Positions 59,566 through 64,000 of a DNA stretch of 64,000 nt are shown here, one piece after another. This DNA comes from Bythopirellula sp. (GTDB lineage Bacteria; Planctomycetota; Planctomycetia; Pirellulales; Lacipirellulaceae), in contig OZ244170.1 in assembly GCA_965216565.1 (NCBI GenBank), positions 5,120,001-5,184,000 of the forward strand, written 5' to 3'. Each line of letters starts with the position of its first letter. Positions within the stretch are counted from its first letter, which is position 1. Made by a program: the position numbers and the translations under genes. Below the pieces are notes generated by a model. That model was not told the origin of the DNA and searched no databases. It was given only the letters and a program-made list of their open reading frames with translations.

Positions 59566-60822
59566 CTAACTTCCTGAGTCACCAACTAGAAATAGATGCG
59601 TCTCGCCGCGCACCAGTAGCTTGCCGCGGACGGGGACGGGGGTGGCGATGGTGCTTTCGTCCATGGCATTCTCGGCCACGATTTCCAGGTCGTCCTCGGT
59701 AAGTCGGCAAACCATGATCACGCCGTCTTCGCGGGCGCAGTAAAGCAAGTCGCCAGCCAACACGGGCGAGGCGTAGTACTTGGCCCGCGCTTTGGGGAGT
59801 GTTTCTTCCCACCGCTTTTCGCCGGAGAGTTTGTCCAGCCCATAGAGAGTCCCTTTGTCGGTGAGTAGAATCACGCGCGATCCGGTGATCAGCGGCGTCG
59901 GTACGTCGGAGCCGATTTCGGTGAGCTCCCACAGGCGATGCGTGTCGGTGGTATCCCCCTGGGCGTCTTCGAGTTTTATGGCCGCCAAAAATTCACCGCG
60001 GCCGTAAGGAACGATGGCCACTTGGTTGTCGACCGCTGGCGAGGCAATCACCCGCCACTGCCCTTTGTTTTCCGGATTGAAACCGCCGCATTCCCACAAG
60101 AGCTCGCCGGTGGCCAAGTCGTGCCCGGTCAGATGATCTGCCCCCCAAGTGACAATCACTTTTTTGCTACCTTGCGAAACGACTGCGGGTGTGGTGTACG
60201 ACTGGTCGGATTCCTTTTCCGTCTCATACTTGCGAGGCTGTTTCCATGCAACCTTCCCGGTGTCTGCATCGAACGCCACTAGGTAGGAATCCCCATCTTG
60301 CATCACTGCGACCACAATTTTCCCCTCGTCCAACAGGGGCGAAGTGCCCAGGTCCCACCAGAGCGTGTCAGGGCCATACAGCTCTTGCAGGTTTTTTTGC
60401 CAGAGGAGTTTGCCCTGCAGGTTGAAGGAGGCGAGCGTACCACTCTTGTAGTACACGGCGAGGTGATTTCCATCGGTGGCGGGCGAGGGGTTGCTGCCTG
60501 TGCCATTGCGATGCCTGCCAATCCGCTCAGGCCCGAGAGATTGCCGCCATAATTCTTCGCCGGCGAAGTCATAGCAGACGACGCCGTCCTGACCGTCGAT
60601 GGGGCAGGTGACGAAGATCTGCTCTTCCCACACGGCAGGCGTCGAACTGCCGCGGCCAGGGAGTTCTACTTTCCAATCGACATTGCTCTCAGCAGAGAAC
60701 TCGACTGGGTAATCGCCGTCGACCGCGATGCCTTGCCCCGCTGGCCCCCGCCATCCGGGCCAGTTGTCGGCGTGGGAATTCGTGGACAGGACCAAGAACG
60801 CTAGAAGGAATAGCAATCGCAT
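59566..60822 (-). CDS. PQQ-like beta-propeller secreted protein (BamB-like planctomycete family)
   Basis: Signal SHA|DNWPGWRGP; WKVELPGRGSSTPAV, SYTTP, YYASPV, ATP repeats. Confidence 0.92.
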   Translation of the reverse strand: MRLLFLLAFLVLSTNSHADNWPGWRGPAGQGIAVDGDYPVEFSAESNVDWKVELPGRGSSTPAVWEEQIFVTCPIDGQDGVVCYDFAGEELWRQSLGPERIGRHRNGTGSNPSPATDGNHLAVYYKSGTLASFNLQGKLLWQKNLQELYGPDTLWWDLGTSPLLDEGKIVVAVMQDGDSYLVAFDADTGKVAWKQPRKYETEKESDQSYTTPAVVSQGSKKVIVTWGADHLTGHDLATGELLWECGGFNPENKGQWRVIASPAVDNQVAIVPYGRGEFLAAIKLEDAQGDTTDTHRLWELTEIGSDVPTPLITGSRVILLTDKGTLYGLDKLSGEKRWEETLPKARAKYYASPVLAGDLLYCAREDGVIMVCRLTEDDLEIVAENAMDESTIATPVPVRGKLLVRGETHLFLVGDSGS

Positions 60823-60874
60823 TGCTGTTGTCTCCAAGAGTTGGAATGACGAATCGCAGTTTAATGAAATTTTG

Positions 60875-61042
60875 CCACAGAGTTCACAGAGGACACGGAG
60901 CATCAGTTGTTGCTTCCAGCATATCCCCCTCCCCCGTATGCGGGGGAGGGGTTAGGGGAGGGGGCTTTTTGGAAACCATATCCTTCGTGTATTGATGGTC
61001 CCAGTCTTAAACAGTCCCCCTTTGTCTCTGTGATCTCTGTGG
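60875..61042. repeat. CACAGAG-type inverted-repeat element enclosing a CCCCTCC REP-like element
   Basis: Left arm CCACAGAGTTCACAGAGGACACGGAG (60875-60900); right arm CTTTGTCTCTGTGATCTCTGTGG (61020-61042); inside, CCCCCTCCCCCGTATGCGGGGGAGGGGTTAGGGGAGGGG (from 60925). Confidence 0.75.
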
Positions 61043-61051
61043 TTAACTGTC

Positions 61052-62395
61052 TCAAACACCTCCAATAACCTGCTCCGCTTCGTCGCAGGTCGCTTTGGCT
61101 TCTTCCTGGGTCGGAGCTTCGGCAAATACGCGGACAATTGGTTCGGTGTTACTCGCTCGTACCAGGAGCCATTTGCTGGACCAATCGAGTCGCAGGCCAT
61201 CGAGTCGATCGGACGTCGCTTCGGAAAAGTGCTTCTCCAGTGCATCGAGTGCTGTGCCGACTTTGTCGGTGGCCAGGTTGACCTTCGCTTTGTGGAGCGA
61301 ATATCGAGGCAACTCGTCGACGAGTGAGCTGATGGGCTGCTCGCGCGCTGCCATGGCGTCGAGCACCAATGCCATGCCGACAAAGCTGTCGCGGACATAG
61401 CCGATGCGGGGATCGATCACGCCGCCGTTCCCTTCGCCGCCGAGGACGGCGCCGGTATTCATCATCAAATCGGAGACGTTGGCTTCGCCGACTTTGGATC
61501 GTTCAAAAGGTACGGAGTACTTCTCGGCCAAGTCCTGGGTCATTCGGCTGGTGGAGCAGTTGGTAACAACGGGCCCAGGCGTTTGACGCAACACATGATC
61601 GGCACACAAGGCGAGCGTGTACTCTTCGCCAATGTAGCGGGAGTGTTCGTCGATGATTGCCAAGCGGTCGGCGTCGGGATCTTGGCAGAACCCGATGTCG
61701 CAGCCATTAGCTTGGACTAGCTCTAGTACCTGCCGAAGATTCTCGGCGGTGGGCTCGGGGGGATGTTCGAATAAGCCATCGGCGTCGGGTCCAAGCACCG
61801 AGACCGCGCAGCCAAGCTCTTGGAGCAGCGGCACTCCGAGTACGGCACCCGATCCATGATTCGAATCGAGCATGACTTTGAATTGTCGCGAACGAATTCG
61901 CTCGACATCGCAAATGCCGGTGATCATCGCCAGATGAGCGGAGGTACTGTCTTCGATTTTGTGACACGTGCCCAACTGGTCAAACGACCGCCAGCGTGGC
62001 GGTTCGCCCCGATAACGATCGATGACCTTCTGTCCCGCCTTGGCGGGAATCACACGACCCGTTTCGTCGAACAGCTTCATGCCGTTGTACTCGGGCGGAT
62101 TGTGGCTGGCGGATATTTGAATGCCGCCCACAGCGCGCTGATGCCGGACTAAAATGCCCGTGGTGGGTGTCGCTGCCACGTCCGCATCCAGACAGGTTTT
62201 GCCCATCGCCATTAACGTCCCGCGCACGATTTCGGCAATCATCGGCCCCGTATGCCGGCCATCGCGGGTGACGAGCACAGGCCCATCGGGAAGCGATTCC
62301 GCAAAAGCGGCGACATACCGCGTGGCAATTTCGGGAGTGAGCGACTCGCCGATAATACCGCGAAGTCCTGAGACGCTGATAATGGGTTCGGGCAT
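61052..62395 (-). CDS. glmM: Phosphoglucosamine mutase / phosphomannomutase family
   Basis: ISVSGLRGI, ISASHNPPEYNGMK (phospho-Ser), QDPDADRL, GGEGNGG, VRASNTEPIVRVFAEA. Confidence 0.88.
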   Translation of the reverse strand: MPEPIISVSGLRGIIGESLTPEIATRYVAAFAESLPDGPVLVTRDGRHTGPMIAEIVRGTLMAMGKTCLDADVAATPTTGILVRHQRAVGGIQISASHNPPEYNGMKLFDETGRVIPAKAGQKVIDRYRGEPPRWRSFDQLGTCHKIEDSTSAHLAMITGICDVERIRSRQFKVMLDSNHGSGAVLGVPLLQELGCAVSVLGPDADGLFEHPPEPTAENLRQVLELVQANGCDIGFCQDPDADRLAIIDEHSRYIGEEYTLALCADHVLRQTPGPVVTNCSTSRMTQDLAEKYSVPFERSKVGEANVSDLMMNTGAVLGGEGNGGVIDPRIGYVRDSFVGMALVLDAMAAREQPISSLVDELPRYSLHKAKVNLATDKVGTALDALEKHFSEATSDRLDGLRLDWSSKWLLVRASNTEPIVRVFAEAPTQEEAKATCDEAEQVIGGV

Positions 62396-62418
62396 GGATT
62401 GATGTGAGATAATTGAGA

Positions 62419-62481
62419 CCAGGTTGAATGATTGGGTTGCCAGTTTGAAAGACTGAGCTGCCAGATTGAAAGACTGAGCTG
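62419..62481. repeat. Three 21-nt tandem direct repeats in the divergent glmM/apbE region
   Basis: CCAGGTTGAATGATTGGGTTG / CCAGTTTGAAAGACTGAGCTG / CCAGATTGAAAGACTGAGCTG. Confidence 0.75.
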
Positions 62482-62570
62482 ATAGTGCAGCAACATCGTA
62501 ACAGAAGCACTAGCCTGCGAACAATCACATCATTACAAGAAGCTCCTTGCCGATGTGGTATAATTCTGAG

Positions 62571-63692
62571 GTGACCGATCAAAGTGGACATTCCCGACGC
62601 GATTTTCTCAAGGGGCGTGGAGCTGCGCACGTTCTTGCTGAGAAGCTAGCTCAACTGGCCGATCGCCACCTGGGTGATGGGTCTCCCAAGAAGCCAAACC
62701 CGACCGAGGTCACCCGTCAGCATCTGCATGTGCAGGCAACGCGCCGTGCGATGGCTTGCGAATTTCAGGTCACGTACCACAAAGAAGATCTGGATGCCGC
62801 TGAGCCAGCCTTGGACGCACTCGACTCGATCGAGGCACTAGAAGCGCAACTCACAATCTATCGCCAGCACAGCGAGATACTGGAGATCAACCGTCAGGCA
62901 GCTAGCAAGCCGGTGCTCGTCGAACCTCACCTGTTTGCCCTCCTAGAACAAGCAAAACGTATCTATGAGCAAACGGGTGGGGCGTTTGATATCACCAGCA
63001 CGCCGCTGAGCCGTGTGTGGGGATTTCTCAAGCGTGAGGGGCGACGGCCTGGGGACGAGGAATTCGCAACCGCACTCGCCCGGGTAGGTTGCGACAAGGT
63101 GCTGCTTGACCAAAGTGACGGCAGCGTGAGATTTTCTGAACCTGATGTGGAAATCAATCTGAATTCCATTGGCAAAGGCTACGCACTCGATCGGGTTTCG
63201 GCGGGCATGGAGGAGCTTGGTGTCAAAGACTTTCTCTTGCATGGGGGAAGTAGTAGTGTGCTGGCTCGTGGTTGCAATCGGAGTACTCCACAGCAGGGCT
63301 GGACGATTGGGCTCCGCGATCCTCTGTCACCAGAGCGGCGAATCGCAGAGCTTTTCCTGCGAGATCGGGCCCTCGCCACAGCCGGGGGTGGCACGCAGTT
63401 CTTCGAGCATGAAGGGTCAAAATTCAGTCACATTATTGATCCGCGCACCGGCTGGCCTGCGCGAAACCGTTACACGGCTACCGTGCTGGCACCGACGGCT
63501 GCGGAAGCCGATGCGGTGGCTACCGCTTTGTTTGTGATGGACTTGGACGAAGCGGGCGAGTATTGTGCCAGTCACCCTGCCGTGGCCGCGGTGTTGGTGT
63601 TCCCTGGCACAGACGGCTCAGGAATCGCTATCAAGGCCTGGGGGCTGGAAGATGACGACTGGCAAGTGCTAGACGATTCGTTGCTGGCATGA
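62571..63692 (+). CDS. apbE: FAD:protein FMN transferase
   Basis: AMACEF, SEILEINR, TGGAFDIT, INLNSIGKGYALD, SHIIDPRTGWP, ADAVATALFVM. Start is approximate. Confidence 0.93.
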   Translation: MTDQSGHSRRDFLKGRGAAHVLAEKLAQLADRHLGDGSPKKPNPTEVTRQHLHVQATRRAMACEFQVTYHKEDLDAAEPALDALDSIEALEAQLTIYRQHSEILEINRQAASKPVLVEPHLFALLEQAKRIYEQTGGAFDITSTPLSRVWGFLKREGRRPGDEEFATALARVGCDKVLLDQSDGSVRFSEPDVEINLNSIGKGYALDRVSAGMEELGVKDFLLHGGSSSVLARGCNRSTPQQGWTIGLRDPLSPERRIAELFLRDRALATAGGGTQFFEHEGSKFSHIIDPRTGWPARNRYTATVLAPTAAEADAVATALFVMDLDEAGEYCASHPAVAAVLVFPGTDGSGIAIKAWGLEDDDWQVLDDSLLA

Positions 63693-63759
63693 CGCCGAGA
63701 ACTTAGCTGCTGTCGGAGACGAATCTCGCAATACTTGAACATAGGAAAAGAGTCGAGGC

Positions 63760-64000
63760 GTGCTTGAACCGTTGATTGAACATGTGGGTTATCTGGGCAT
63801 CATCATCATCTTGTTGCTCACGGGGTGCGGCCTGCCTGTTCCGGAAGAAATTCCCATCGTGATCGCCGGTGTGGTTAGTTCGCAGGGCGAGCTCGTCCCT
63901 CATTGGGCATTTCTAGCTTGCCTGGTCGGTGCGTTATTGGGCGATTCTGCCATGTATGCCATTGGTTACCACTTTGGGCATAGCTTGGTTCTCAAGCATC
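63760..64000 (+). CDS. DedA family membrane protein (3' truncated; absent from the ORF track)
   Basis: GTG at 63760 after GAGG; translates LEPLIEHVGYLGIIIILLLTGCGLPVPEEIPIVIAG...GALLGDSAMYAIGYHFG. Confidence 0.9.
   Translation, partial: MLEPLIEHVGYLGIIIILLLTGCGLPVPEEIPIVIAGVVSSQGELVPHWAFLACLVGALLGDSAMYAIGYHFGHSLVLKH

Overview
A 64 kb chromosomal segment of a planctomycete. DUF1559, DUF1598, a YTV-repeat protein and a PEP-CTERM protein with a dockerin-like motif point to Pirellulales, probably Lacipirellulaceae (inference). Most of it is housekeeping: asnS (partial), carA, frr-pyrH-tsf-rpsB, rex, nfi, ppdK, lpxA, mtaB, clpS, serS, sppA, rdgB, oppABC, rsmG, truB, ftsK, glmM, apbE, dedA (partial), tRNA-Gln(UUG) and a CAU tRNA of Ile2 type. 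I saw no prophage, integrase, transposase or CRISPR array. The most notable items are these. (1) A secreted YTV protein with about 80 Cys, whose N-arm and C-arm repeat-length patterns are exact mirror images, implying one giant antiparallel beta-hairpin rod. (2) A putative iron-regulated locus: hemP with a Fur-like box inside its promoter, divergent from a PEP-CTERM/PEP-CTERM/DUF1559/His-Kelch operon, next to a c-type heme protein and an Rrf2 regulator. (3) A candidate + strand structured ncRNA with a terminator in the carA leader. (4) A site-2 protease homologue that has lost its catalytic motifs. (5) FtsK with a very long acidic tail. (6) Several families of REP-like palindromes, one nested inside another. 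Several starts were moved downstream of the ORF track using ribosome-binding sites, signal peptides or family N-termini. Family assignments come from motif recognition, not database searches.
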